Below, one piece after another: positions 1 to 9,149 of a DNA stretch of 33,494 bases (positions within the stretch are counted from its first letter, which is position 1; every line of letters begins with the position of its first letter). Position numbers and translations under genes: made by a program. A model generated the notes under the pieces. The model ran no database searches, was not told the DNA's origin, and saw only the letters and a program-made list of their open reading frames with translations. The stretch is from a bacterium (GTDB lineage: Bacteria; SZUA-182; DTGQ01). The DNA lies in NCBI GenBank assembly GCA_040752695.1, contig JBFMGO010000063.1:1-33494 (forward strand), in the 5' to 3' direction.

Positions 1-277
1 CCGCTTTCCCCCCTTATGGCTGGTTGCAAATGATACATCAACATGGCACTATACCACAGTATGAAATCAGCGATTATTGGTCAAGTAAAAAAATCTAAAA
101 ACTATTATCGGGGGTGCGGAAGCACGGTTAGAGTACATCATGAGTGACTGCTAATGCATCCTTAATCTATCTCTAAAAATGTGTCCGGTAGTGAAACACA
201 AGAAAAGGAAAATGAAAATCTAGGAAAATTACTTACTATAGTGAAATAAGCGTTGTAGGGTTAATAGCGCCATAGAT

Positions 278-3200
278 TCATTCAGATAACACCTCGTGGA
301 TGTTCGTTGCCACCTTGAAGTTGACCCCCAGAGCATTGAAGTGGGCCTGGCCGCAATCGATTTTGCGGTTTTCCATTTCCCGGCGTTTGTCCCGGTCATG
401 CGTGCTCTTGGTTTCCCGGACAAGGTAGAGCTTTTTATCCTGCTCTGTAACGACTGCCCAGTCAGGGTTGTAATTTCCAAGAGGGGTTGGTACGACAAAC
501 CAGCGCGGCAGCTTGCAGAAGAATTTGACGTTACCGCTGGAATCAAGCTTTTGTGCAATGTCGCGTTCCACTTCCGACTCGAAAAGGATGTAATCGTACG
601 GTGTGCGGTTGTCTTTGCTCTGCACCTCGTAAAGGCGACTCAGGTACGCTTCAATCTCTCCTTCACCTTCACCCTCAAAGAGCCTCATCTCGTAATATTG
701 CCCCTCTATCTTCTCATATTTAATGCCATCGACTACCATTTCGTGGAGGCTGCGGTTGATCAGTTTGGCTGTTTCCGTCATGAAGCTCTGAGGATTTATG
801 CAAAACTCTTTCAGTCGTCCTGATTGTTTGAGGATTTCCACGAGCGTGCTTCGGGTCAGTTCGGTTTCCCTCTGCAAATAGGCGAGAATGTCCGGCAGTC
901 GTCGGTGGCTGCTCATGCGTTCAGTCCGGCTATCGGCCACTCGTCCACCTTCAACCCCGGCTTCAGTGATATCCACTTCGGTTTTTTCGATGAGCATACG
1001 AACCGGCTGGATTTGCTCCATTTTCCTGATCTTTTCTACTGATCTGGCAATAAGATCATCTGTCTTGAATTCCACTGAATAGCGGGTTTTCTTGTTAATC
1101 TTCTCCCAGAGCGCCTGGAAGTCCTCGTTGAGTTCTATGCGTTTGTTATATTTAAAAGTACGGCGTTCGCGGGCATCGGCTACATGCTTCTTGAAAATGT
1201 ACCGCTCCATTCTATCCATAATAGCAGGCCGCAATGGCTCAAGTTCGGCAGGCAGGTCCAGGCGAAAGCCCTCCTTTTTGGGGGTGAATTTGTCGGTAAG
1301 GTCTCCATCGGCATTCAGGTATCCTTTTTCCATCAGTGTCTGCCAGATTTTCCCTGATGCTTCCTGGCCAATGGGCTGGTCTGTGGCTTCATCGATCAGT
1401 CTGGCAAAGGCAATCTTTTCGATGCGGCCAAACTTAAAGCCCCCGCCAATATCATTTTCCATATCTTCCTGGAGTCCTCTGGCGTATTCCTCAAAGGACT
1501 CGCTGGCAATGACGGTCAGTTTATTGATGGTGTCATCGGGAATACGGTCTCCATTCTGGTTAACCGGCAGGCGAAGGCCGCGCCCCAGGGTCTGTCTGCG
1601 TTCGCGCTCGGTTCCCATTTCCCTGAGCGTACAGATTTGAAAAATATTCGGATTATCCCATCCTTCCTTTAATGCGGAATGGCTGAAGATAAACCGAAGC
1701 GGCTCATCCAGGGAGAGAAGCCTCTCCTTGTCCTTCATGATAAGCTGATAGGTTTCATCATCCGCCTTGGTCGAACCTGTGGTATCTTTTAAGGCGACAA
1801 TCTGACCCTTCTTCTTATCAACGGAAAAATAGCCATTGTGCAGATCATCCACACCGAAAGGAATCAGACCTGCATAGAGCGGCTTTTGGGAAATTTCCGC
1901 AAAAGCCTCCTCGAACCACACGGCAAGCTTCCCTTTCTGCGGATTTCCCTCATCGTCATACCAGCGGTAATTGGCTACCTTGTCTATGAAAAAGAGCGAC
2001 AGGACCTTGATGCCTTTATCTTTAAACCTTTTTTCCTTCTTGAAGTGCTCCTCGATTGCCAGGCGGATCTGGGTCTTGAGTACCTCATCACCCATGCCGC
2101 CTTCTTCCTGATTCAGCTCCAGGACTTTGCCATTGGCGAATTCAACATGTTCCAGGCCGCTTTCCGCGCAGATATTGGTGACAATATAGCTGTCATACCC
2201 TGGACGGTTCGTTTGCTGACTAATATTAGTTCCCTGCTTCAAAGTGATTACTTTTTCTCTCGGTACCCCGTTTCTATCCTCATGGATCGTTGCCTTGGCA
2301 TGGGGGATTTTTGCGCCTTTCGCATACCCGATACTGTCAAGGCGGATAAAAACATCATTGAAGTTGTCATCAGACCGGATGGATGCCACCTCGATCTGCT
2401 TGACCAGCCGCATATCGTAGGCCCGGATCGGATCGAGCTTGTAGAGCAGGTTATACGGGTTGGTATGAGTGGCGGAGTAGCGCAGGCAGAAAAGGGGCTT
2501 CAGGGTCTTGATGGCACGCTTGGCCTTGGCTGTATTGTCCACGCTTTGGGGCTCATCGATGATAACGATAGGGTTTGTGGCCTGGACATACTCAATGGGT
2601 CTTCGGCCTGACATTTTGTCCTGTTCCTGGTGAATGATGTTCAGTTTTTTCCGTTGCTCTTCCGAGAGCCTTGCATAGTCTTCGATATCCCCGGCATCTT
2701 TTTGGAAAGCCTGGATATTGATGATCATGATCTGAATTTCATTACTTACGGCAAACTGGCGGATTTTGTTCAGATCGCTTGAGCTGTACACGAAATGGTC
2801 AAAGGCAACGTTATCGTAAAGATCCTTGAAGTGATCTCTCATCAGGCCGATGGATGAAAGCACACCTTCGCGGATGGCCACAGAGGGCACCACGATAACG
2901 AATTTCTTAAAGCCGTATTTGCGGTTAAGCTCAAAAATCGTTCGCAGGTATACGTAGGTCTTTCCGGTTCCCGTTTCCATCTCAATGGAGAAATTTGCAA
3001 ACCCGTAGGTGTCACCTTTCTCAATCAGAGATTGGGACTTTGGGATGATGTTTCGCTCCTGGACCGCATGAAGGTTCGTCAGAAGTTGATCAGCTTCCAA
3101 CCCTAACCGGTTGCCGATCCCAAGGCTGCTGAACGCCAATTGCCCTCTTTGTTCAGCCAGATTGATTTCAAATTCACTCTGCTTTTGTGGCAATCCCTCA

Positions 3201-3280
3201 AAGAGGCCAACGACTGCGCTTATTGCCTCCAGTTGGTACTCAAGGTTGGAATCAAACTTCAGTTTCATTTTTTCTTGCAT
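278..3280 (-). CDS. res: Type III restriction-modification system restriction (Res) subunit
   Basis: 1000 aa; Walker A EMETGTGKT, DEAD-like IIDEPQ, SALKEGWDNPN, QTLGRGLR, C-terminal PD-(D/E)xK nuclease YNPDW...VRETK; downstream of mod on the same strand. Confidence 0.95.
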   Translation of the reverse strand: MQEKMKLKFDSNLEYQLEAISAVVGLFEGLPQKQSEFEINLAEQRGQLAFSSLGIGNRLGLEADQLLTNLHAVQERNIIPKSQSLIEKGDTYGFANFSIEMETGTGKTYVYLRTIFELNRKYGFKKFVIVVPSVAIREGVLSSIGLMRDHFKDLYDNVAFDHFVYSSSDLNKIRQFAVSNEIQIMIINIQAFQKDAGDIEDYARLSEEQRKKLNIIHQEQDKMSGRRPIEYVQATNPIVIIDEPQSVDNTAKAKRAIKTLKPLFCLRYSATHTNPYNLLYKLDPIRAYDMRLVKQIEVASIRSDDNFNDVFIRLDSIGYAKGAKIPHAKATIHEDRNGVPREKVITLKQGTNISQQTNRPGYDSYIVTNICAESGLEHVEFANGKVLELNQEEGGMGDEVLKTQIRLAIEEHFKKEKRFKDKGIKVLSLFFIDKVANYRWYDDEGNPQKGKLAVWFEEAFAEISQKPLYAGLIPFGVDDLHNGYFSVDKKKGQIVALKDTTGSTKADDETYQLIMKDKERLLSLDEPLRFIFSHSALKEGWDNPNIFQICTLREMGTERERRQTLGRGLRLPVNQNGDRIPDDTINKLTVIASESFEEYARGLQEDMENDIGGGFKFGRIEKIAFARLIDEATDQPIGQEASGKIWQTLMEKGYLNADGDLTDKFTPKKEGFRLDLPAELEPLRPAIMDRMERYIFKKHVADARERRTFKYNKRIELNEDFQALWEKINKKTRYSVEFKTDDLIARSVEKIRKMEQIQPVRMLIEKTEVDITEAGVEGGRVADSRTERMSSHRRLPDILAYLQRETELTRSTLVEILKQSGRLKEFCINPQSFMTETAKLINRSLHEMVVDGIKYEKIEGQYYEMRLFEGEGEGEIEAYLSRLYEVQSKDNRTPYDYILFESEVERDIAQKLDSSGNVKFFCKLPRWFVVPTPLGNYNPDWAVVTEQDKKLYLVRETKSTHDRDKRREMENRKIDCGQAHFNALGVNFKVATNIHEVLSE

Positions 3281-3302
3281 CCTTCATTATTTAGGCAATT
3301 CT

Positions 3303-3398
3303 CTACACAGTGTGTAGAGTTTTATGCCTATTGGATATCCTATGGTATTAATATATAGCATATATGAAATCAGGTTAGATTTACTACACAGGGTGTAG
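3303..3398. repeat. Two copies of the near-palindrome CTACACAG(T/G)GTGTAG (3303-3317, 3384-3398) upstream of res
   Basis: Read directly; first copy extends to the perfect palindrome CTCTACACA-G-TGTGTAGAG (3301-3319); copies 81 bp apart. Confidence 0.7.
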
Positions 3399-3444
3399 CG
3401 TTTTTCTCTCTGCGGAAATATTTCCCATTATTACCCGTTCACGG

Positions 3445-3675
3445 TTACATGTTCACTGCCAGCGGGTAATCGAATGAATCACCGACTGCCGGTAACTGCA
3501 CATTGCCTGCTCTTTCTGCACATGACTCCAAGAGCTTTCGGGCCACGTCCCTGGCGATTTCCAATGCTTCTGTAACTGTCCGGCCTTATGCCACAAGACC
3601 TTGCACATCTTCAGAGGTTGCCAGATAGACCCCTTCCGGCAGTTTTTCTATATGAATATTGATTACCTTTTCCAT
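3445..3675 (-). pseudogene. HicB-like (DUF1902-type) antitoxin pseudogene with in-frame TAA
   Basis: Manual translation MEKVINIHIEKLPEGVYLATSEDVQGLVA*GRTVTEALEIARDVARKLLES...; HicB-like pattern; stop at 3586-3588 where Gln (CAA) is expected; absent from the ORF track. Confidence 0.8.
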
Positions 3676-3727
3676 AGTTTTCCCAAAGTTCTACAGGTTT
3701 ACTTATCTTTTGCAGTTTCATCATCTT

Positions 3728-3952
3728 CTACAGTTTCATCACCCGCTCAACCATCCATTTTAAAGGCTTTCGAGTATGACCAACAAACTCGTTATATTCA
3801 CTTAAAAATGTCAGCCATCTATCGGCATCGATCCGGCCATCAACCATGAACGGGTTATGTGCATTGGCTGATAGTCGCCTCATATCTTCTTTGAGCCGGG
3901 CAGATTGCGACTGGCGTACCAGTTCTTCCTTTTCCTTATCAGTGAGAGCCAC
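3728..3952 (-). CDS. Small hypothetical protein, probable partner of the upstream nucleotidyltransferase
   Basis: 74 aa; overlaps the NTase stop by 14 bp; charged helical N-terminus. Confidence 0.7.
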   Translation of the reverse strand: MALTDKEKEELVRQSQSARLKEDMRRLSANAHNPFMVDGRIDADRWLTFLSEYNEFVGHTRKPLKWMVERVMKL

Positions 3953-4490
3953 CGTATTTTCTCCTTAATTCCCTGGCCGTTTCCTCAAGACCAAATAAAG
4001 TAAAATACTCCTCAATCCTCGACCAATCAAGGTCTTGGTGATGCAAGGCCATGATGCTTTCAATATCAGCCATGTCAGCAGTCCATCTTGCCTTATCATT
4101 GGCTATAGCCTGCACTTTTAAGCCAATCAGGTCTTCAGGTTTCAGTACCCTTATGGTTAGACTTCCACCGAATATTTTTTTCCCCTCAGCTCTTCTCATC
4201 ATGCTCATGGATATCTTACGAAAGGCGTGAATGAAGTCAATCTCGCCAAAAACAGCCAGTGGCGAAACATACTGAGAAACGTTTTCCGTCTGATGCACAC
4301 AGTCATAACCAAGTTCAGTCATAATATGGCTGATCTTTTCAAGATCATCCCGGTCAACGAGAAAATCAATATCTATTGTGGCTCGGTGCACACCCCAAAA
4401 ACCCAGGGCAAATCCCCCCATGAGGGCATACCGAATGCCCTCACTCTCGAATGCAGCCAGAAGCTTCTTCATTACCAGATTGAAATTCAT
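3939..4490 (-). CDS. DNA pol-beta-superfamily nucleotidyltransferase (TA/Abi-associated type)
   Basis: GGFALGFWGVHRATIDIDFLV (GG...RATxDxD) and later EDLIGLK...DMADI; AGGAG RBS upstream. Confidence 0.85.
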   Translation of the reverse strand: MNFNLVMKKLLAAFESEGIRYALMGGFALGFWGVHRATIDIDFLVDRDDLEKISHIMTELGYDCVHQTENVSQYVSPLAVFGEIDFIHAFRKISMSMMRRAEGKKIFGGSLTIRVLKPEDLIGLKVQAIANDKARWTADMADIESIMALHHQDLDWSRIEEYFTLFGLEETARELRRKYGGSH

Positions 4491-4613
4491 TTTTATAATG
4501 CTCCTGCCTTCTTGTACTGCGTGCTTAACATTTCAAAAGCAATCCGCTCCCCCTTATAGGCTGGCTCGATTTGCAGCTTCTCGTTGATTAGAAATGGCAT
4601 TGTCGTTATCCTA

Positions 4614-5063
<450 letters not shown>

Positions 5064-5076
<13 letters not shown>

Positions 5077-5384
5077 ATCCGTTCCCCCTCCTTGATTGCA
5101 TCAGTTGGGTAAGCAGTGATTAAAAAACCTTCATTATTATTAAGCCGTTTGGCTACGGCACAGATCCACCGTCCGGATCGCTTCAACCAATAAAAAAGAA
5201 GCACGGATGGATCACTGTGGCTCCGCCGGACTTCATCAGGGTTTCGAAGAGTGTGCTGCACATCTATCTCGCACCCTTTCATCACCGGATGCTTAATGGT
5301 AGTGATGAGATCCCAGTAGCCACGGCTGACGCGCACACAAAAGCCAAGAGGCGTTGGCACTTCAAAGATTATATCATCATTCAT
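5064..5384 (-). CDS. DUF4258-like putative RNase toxin
   Basis: ~106 aa; KHP...TLRNPDEVRRS...GFLITAY pattern; coupled to DUF2283; start could also be GTG 5396. Confidence 0.7.
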
Positions 5385-5502
5385 TCTCTCCCTCACACAG
5401 CCTATGAGAAGGATACCGTATCACAAACGAATACAGCGTTTACTCAGAGCTGCTGCTTTTTTAATGTATGATTATCTGTGTCCATACATGGTTTTTGATT
5501 CT

Positions 5503-7626
5503 TCAAACTGTCCTAAATACAATCTGTTCGGCCTCTTCGTCCTGCCCCTGGTTAAGGGCAGCGAAGGTCTGCACCGCATTGGCCTTGAGCTGGTCATTCC
5601 CATGAAAGCCCCGGTCAAGGCAGATGAACCGATGCGGTTTGGCCTCGACTACAGCGTCAATAAGCTCATGGGTGATTTCGTCCTCCAGGCAGATTAAAAG
5701 TGCCCCGTCTGACACAGCGAAAACCGTTTTGCCTGCCAGCTCCCGTCGTTCAACCTTTTCCGTAAGCATAAATCCTGCCTTCAGGAGGATTTCGTGGAGA
5801 ATGTCTTCCTGGGAGGCCGCCGGGTCAATGTGCTCAACATGGGCCGCGAGCTGCTGGATGATTTTCTCTTCAGAAGCGTCTGTATCCGGGCCATTCCAGA
5901 TTTTGAAGGTGGAGCGGTCGAGCTTGAATACTTTGAAACCAAGGTCGAGGTTCTTTGAACCATTAGGTGCATCCAATGCATTATCATCTTCATTTTTGTC
6001 AAATAAACTCAGTTGCTTGGTTTCACGCTTTTCATGTTTTTCATGGTTTCCATATGTTTCTTGGGTGATTTTCTGAATAACACGTCGAATGCGTTCCTTG
6101 CCGACATCGGCAACAGTTTTATAATTAGCCTTGTAGGCTTCGGAACTTGCCTCGCAAGGCTCAGGTAATTGCACCATGATAAACTTCCGTCTACCACCAT
6201 CTTGTTTATTCAGGTCTAAGACTGCATGAGCAGTAGTACAGGAGCCGGAAAAGAAATCAAGTATAAAGTCTGAGTCGCCACAAATATAACTAATGAGCCG
6301 TCTGATATCTTTCCAATTCTTGGGATTGTCAAACACGCGATCTTCCATCAAAGCTAAAAATTCCATTGTAGCAGTCTGAGCATAACTATAAAATACAGAA
6401 GGCATTACTTGCCCTTTATTGCCAAACAGATATCTTAACTGTCGGGGGAGTGTAGTTTCGTCTGGCCCAAAAACAACTCGACCAGCTTCTACTTCTTCCC
6501 AAAATTTTTCTGGACTGGAATATCTCCATCCTCCATCTGGGATCTTACAAGGCTTTTTAGTAAGTGGATGCTTTATATCGTATATAGGCCCTCCGCCTCC
6601 AGGCCAAGAAATGTTTCCATCATCCCGATACGGTCCATTTGGGCCTACTTTGGCGAACCGTCCCAATTTCTTTTTAGGGTCCGAAGATGGGAGTTTGCGG
6701 AAAAACTCGCGCCACTCCGCCTGTATACTTGACCAGTTTTCTTTATGCTTTCGACGTAATTCTTCATAAAATGCGCGGGCAGCATCAATACCTTTCTTTT
6801 GTTCGCGAAGCATAATTTTATTCTCGATAAGTAATTGCTTATTTTTTGCATAAATTAGCATATATTCGTGGCCAACAGAAAAAAACTTTGCGTCATTCTT
6901 TCGATTTTTATCCCACACAAGTACTGCAACCTTGTTTTCTTCTCCAAATACATCATTAAGTATCGAATTTAGATTAGATACTTCAGTGTCATCAATGCTA
7001 ACAACAATGAAACCATCCTCTCGCAACAAATTCCGCGCCAAATACAACCTTGGATACATCATATTCAGCCATTTGGTATGAAAGCGGCCCTCATTCGGGG
7101 TATTGGTTGAAAACCTCCTCCCTTCATCGTCCACCATCCCGGCATAAGCCAGATAGGTATCCAGGGATTCGGTGTAGTTATCCGGGTAGATAAACTCCTT
7201 GCCTGTGTTATACGGCGGATCAATGTAGATCATTTTTACTTTGCCGTAATAGGACTTCTGAAGGAGTTTGAGCACCTCAAGGTTATCGCCCTCGATAAAG
7301 AGGTTTTCGGTGGTATCGAAGTTGACCGATTCTGTACGGCAGGGCTTGAGGGTGGCAATGCTTGGCTGCTGGATGACCTTCATGCAGTCTTTCTTGCCTG
7401 GCCAGTCCATGCCGTAGCGTTCACGCCGGGATTCGAATACATCAGTAAAATTGCCCAGTTCGGCCTTGAGCTTCTCAAAATCAATACTCTCAACCAGTTC
7501 GCCTTTTTTATTCCTCGTCTCGGTAAAGACCGATGGGAACAGTTGTTTCATCTTTGCCCTGTTCTCTGCACTTATATCCATAGACCGCAGGTCCATTTTA
7601 TCAGGGATGCCAGCATTTGTGCTCAT
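5503..7626 (-). CDS. mod: Type III restriction-modification adenine methyltransferase (Mod)
   Basis: 707 aa; IEGDNLEVLK, motif IV IYIDPPYNTG, motif I ILDFFSGSCTT, LDLGFKVFKL; AT-richer central target-recognition region. Confidence 0.95.
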   Translation of the reverse strand: MSTNAGIPDKMDLRSMDISAENRAKMKQLFPSVFTETRNKKGELVESIDFEKLKAELGNFTDVFESRRERYGMDWPGKKDCMKVIQQPSIATLKPCRTESVNFDTTENLFIEGDNLEVLKLLQKSYYGKVKMIYIDPPYNTGKEFIYPDNYTESLDTYLAYAGMVDDEGRRFSTNTPNEGRFHTKWLNMMYPRLYLARNLLREDGFIVVSIDDTEVSNLNSILNDVFGEENKVAVLVWDKNRKNDAKFFSVGHEYMLIYAKNKQLLIENKIMLREQKKGIDAARAFYEELRRKHKENWSSIQAEWREFFRKLPSSDPKKKLGRFAKVGPNGPYRDDGNISWPGGGGPIYDIKHPLTKKPCKIPDGGWRYSSPEKFWEEVEAGRVVFGPDETTLPRQLRYLFGNKGQVMPSVFYSYAQTATMEFLALMEDRVFDNPKNWKDIRRLISYICGDSDFILDFFSGSCTTAHAVLDLNKQDGGRRKFIMVQLPEPCEASSEAYKANYKTVADVGKERIRRVIQKITQETYGNHEKHEKRETKQLSLFDKNEDDNALDAPNGSKNLDLGFKVFKLDRSTFKIWNGPDTDASEEKIIQQLAAHVEHIDPAASQEDILHEILLKAGFMLTEKVERRELAGKTVFAVSDGALLICLEDEITHELIDAVVEAKPHRFICLDRGFHGNDQLKANAVQTFAALNQGQDEEAEQIVFRTV

Positions 7627-7676
7627 CCTATCTTACTCCTTCTTATACTTCTTCCCTTACTTCTTCTTGTACCCTT

Positions 7677-7847
7677 TCAGATTAACTTCCACCGAATAGT
7701 GAAAAGGGTATTTTCTTCAATTTCCTGTTGCAGGCGAGCTTCAACATGATCAATCAATATATTCTACATGCAGCTCAACATATCTTTTTTCCGCTCAATT
7801 TCGCGGGTGGCTTCATTGTATTCACGTTCACACCAGGCATCATCTCT
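7677..7847 (-). pseudogene. Degenerate duplicate of the SNF2 helicase C-terminal 47 codons
   Basis: Translates RDDAW(CE)REYNEATREIERKKDML(SCM*NIL)IDHVEARLQQEIEENTLFTIRWKLI*, matching RDDAWREYDEAAREIERQKDTLIDHVETRLQQEIEGTELFTIRWRLT* at 9150-9293. Confidence 0.9.
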
Positions 7848-7951
7848 TCCATCAGATGGCCTCCGTTGTATTCAATAAAATAGTCACCAGCATATTTGTG
7901 TAAACCAAACAAAGAATTTCTTTACACAAATGGATTTGCATCTTACCCACT

Positions 7952-9067
7952 TTACACAACAGTTTTCCCCTCGGCGGCCAGGTTGATTAGGTCTGGAAAT
8001 ACGATTAAGGCGGGCCGTCGGCCCTTGCCTTCTTCCAGCACTTTCAATATACCGGCTTCCTCAAGCTTATTCAAGATCAGCATTGTCGTAGGCCGGGTTG
8101 GAATCCTTGCCAATTGTTGAAATTGTGTGCTGCGAAAAATAGGTTGTGAAAAAATAGCATCTAATGCCTGGACAGCATATTGAGAATGGGTGATATCCAC
8201 TACGCGGCCTTTCAATCCCTCGTAAAGGCCGATGATCGCCCTGACTTTTTTTGTATTTTGTTCTGCCTGTTCTGTCAAGGCAGTAAGAAAAAAGGCAACC
8301 CAGCCATTCCAGTCCTTTTCTTCGGAGATTGCCCGCAACCGTCTGTAATAGACTTCGCGGTGCTCTTCCAGGTAAGCGCTCATATAAAACATTGGCTTTG
8401 AAAGCAGACCACTGGCAAAAAGGAAAAGGGGAATCAACATTCGGCCCAGCCTGCCGTTGCCGTCCAAAAATGGATGAATAATCTCGAACTGCGCCTTAGC
8501 CACACCAAGCTGGACAAGGCCATCTTTTTCTTCAGTATGCAAGTATTTCTCCCAATTATCCAGGGCAGTGGGCAGATTATCCGGCGATGGTGGAACAAAG
8601 GTCGCCTCCTCAATGGAACAGCCGGGCGAACCGATATAGTTTTGACTTCTTCGAAATTCCCCTGGCGATTTGTTTTTGCCGCGGACGCTTTTGAGAAGGA
8701 TGGCGTGCAATTCCTTGATCAGGTTCAGGCAAAGAGGCCGCTTTTGCAGCTTTACCACCGCCACCTCCATAGCCTGGCGGTAGTTGATGATTTCCTGGAT
8801 GTCCGCGCGCTTTTCGGGCGTTATCTCCTCTCTGGGTGTAGCCTCAAATTCCAATACCTCTTCCATGCTCGCCTGAGTACCCTCAATGCGAGAAGAAAGA
8901 ACAGCCTCCTGGGTCGTCAGAGGAGACAGCAGCACAGCCGGATTGACAATTCCCTCCAAGGTGCCGTCATATCTTGCCAGAGCAGCGTTCGCCCGGCCAA
9001 TGAGAGTCACATGCGCGGCCCAATCGAGACAGTCAAGCGGTAATCTGTCGGGCACAAAAGGCTTCAT
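7952..9067 (-). CDS. Fic family protein (N-terminal inhibitory helix, C-terminal HTH)
   Basis: Canonical HPFLDGNGRLGR; N-terminal SSRIEG inhibition motif; GGAGG RBS. Confidence 0.93.
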   Translation of the reverse strand: MKPFVPDRLPLDCLDWAAHVTLIGRANAALARYDGTLEGIVNPAVLLSPLTTQEAVLSSRIEGTQASMEEVLEFEATPREEITPEKRADIQEIINYRQAMEVAVVKLQKRPLCLNLIKELHAILLKSVRGKNKSPGEFRRSQNYIGSPGCSIEEATFVPPSPDNLPTALDNWEKYLHTEEKDGLVQLGVAKAQFEIIHPFLDGNGRLGRMLIPLFLFASGLLSKPMFYMSAYLEEHREVYYRRLRAISEEKDWNGWVAFFLTALTEQAEQNTKKVRAIIGLYEGLKGRVVDITHSQYAVQALDAIFSQPIFRSTQFQQLARIPTRPTTMLILNKLEEAGILKVLEEGKGRRPALIVFPDLINLAAEGKTVV

Positions 9068-9149
9068 CCTCCCACCTCCTCACGAACATCGATCTTCTCC
9101 GCAACCTCACGATAGAGAACTTTTTTGCCTCTTTCGTGTATTTCGTGGT

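Noticed and set aside
1838..2611. Long antisense/overlapping ORFs (also 29749-30525, 26843-27433, 8474-9043, 16244-16708)
   Set aside because: Shadows of well-supported genes on the opposite strand, with no motifs or RBS
7894..7931. 11-bp inverted repeat ATTTGTGTAAA/TTTACACAAAT after fic as a terminator
   Set aside because: AT-rich stem, 16-nt loop and no clear U-tract; function unsupported
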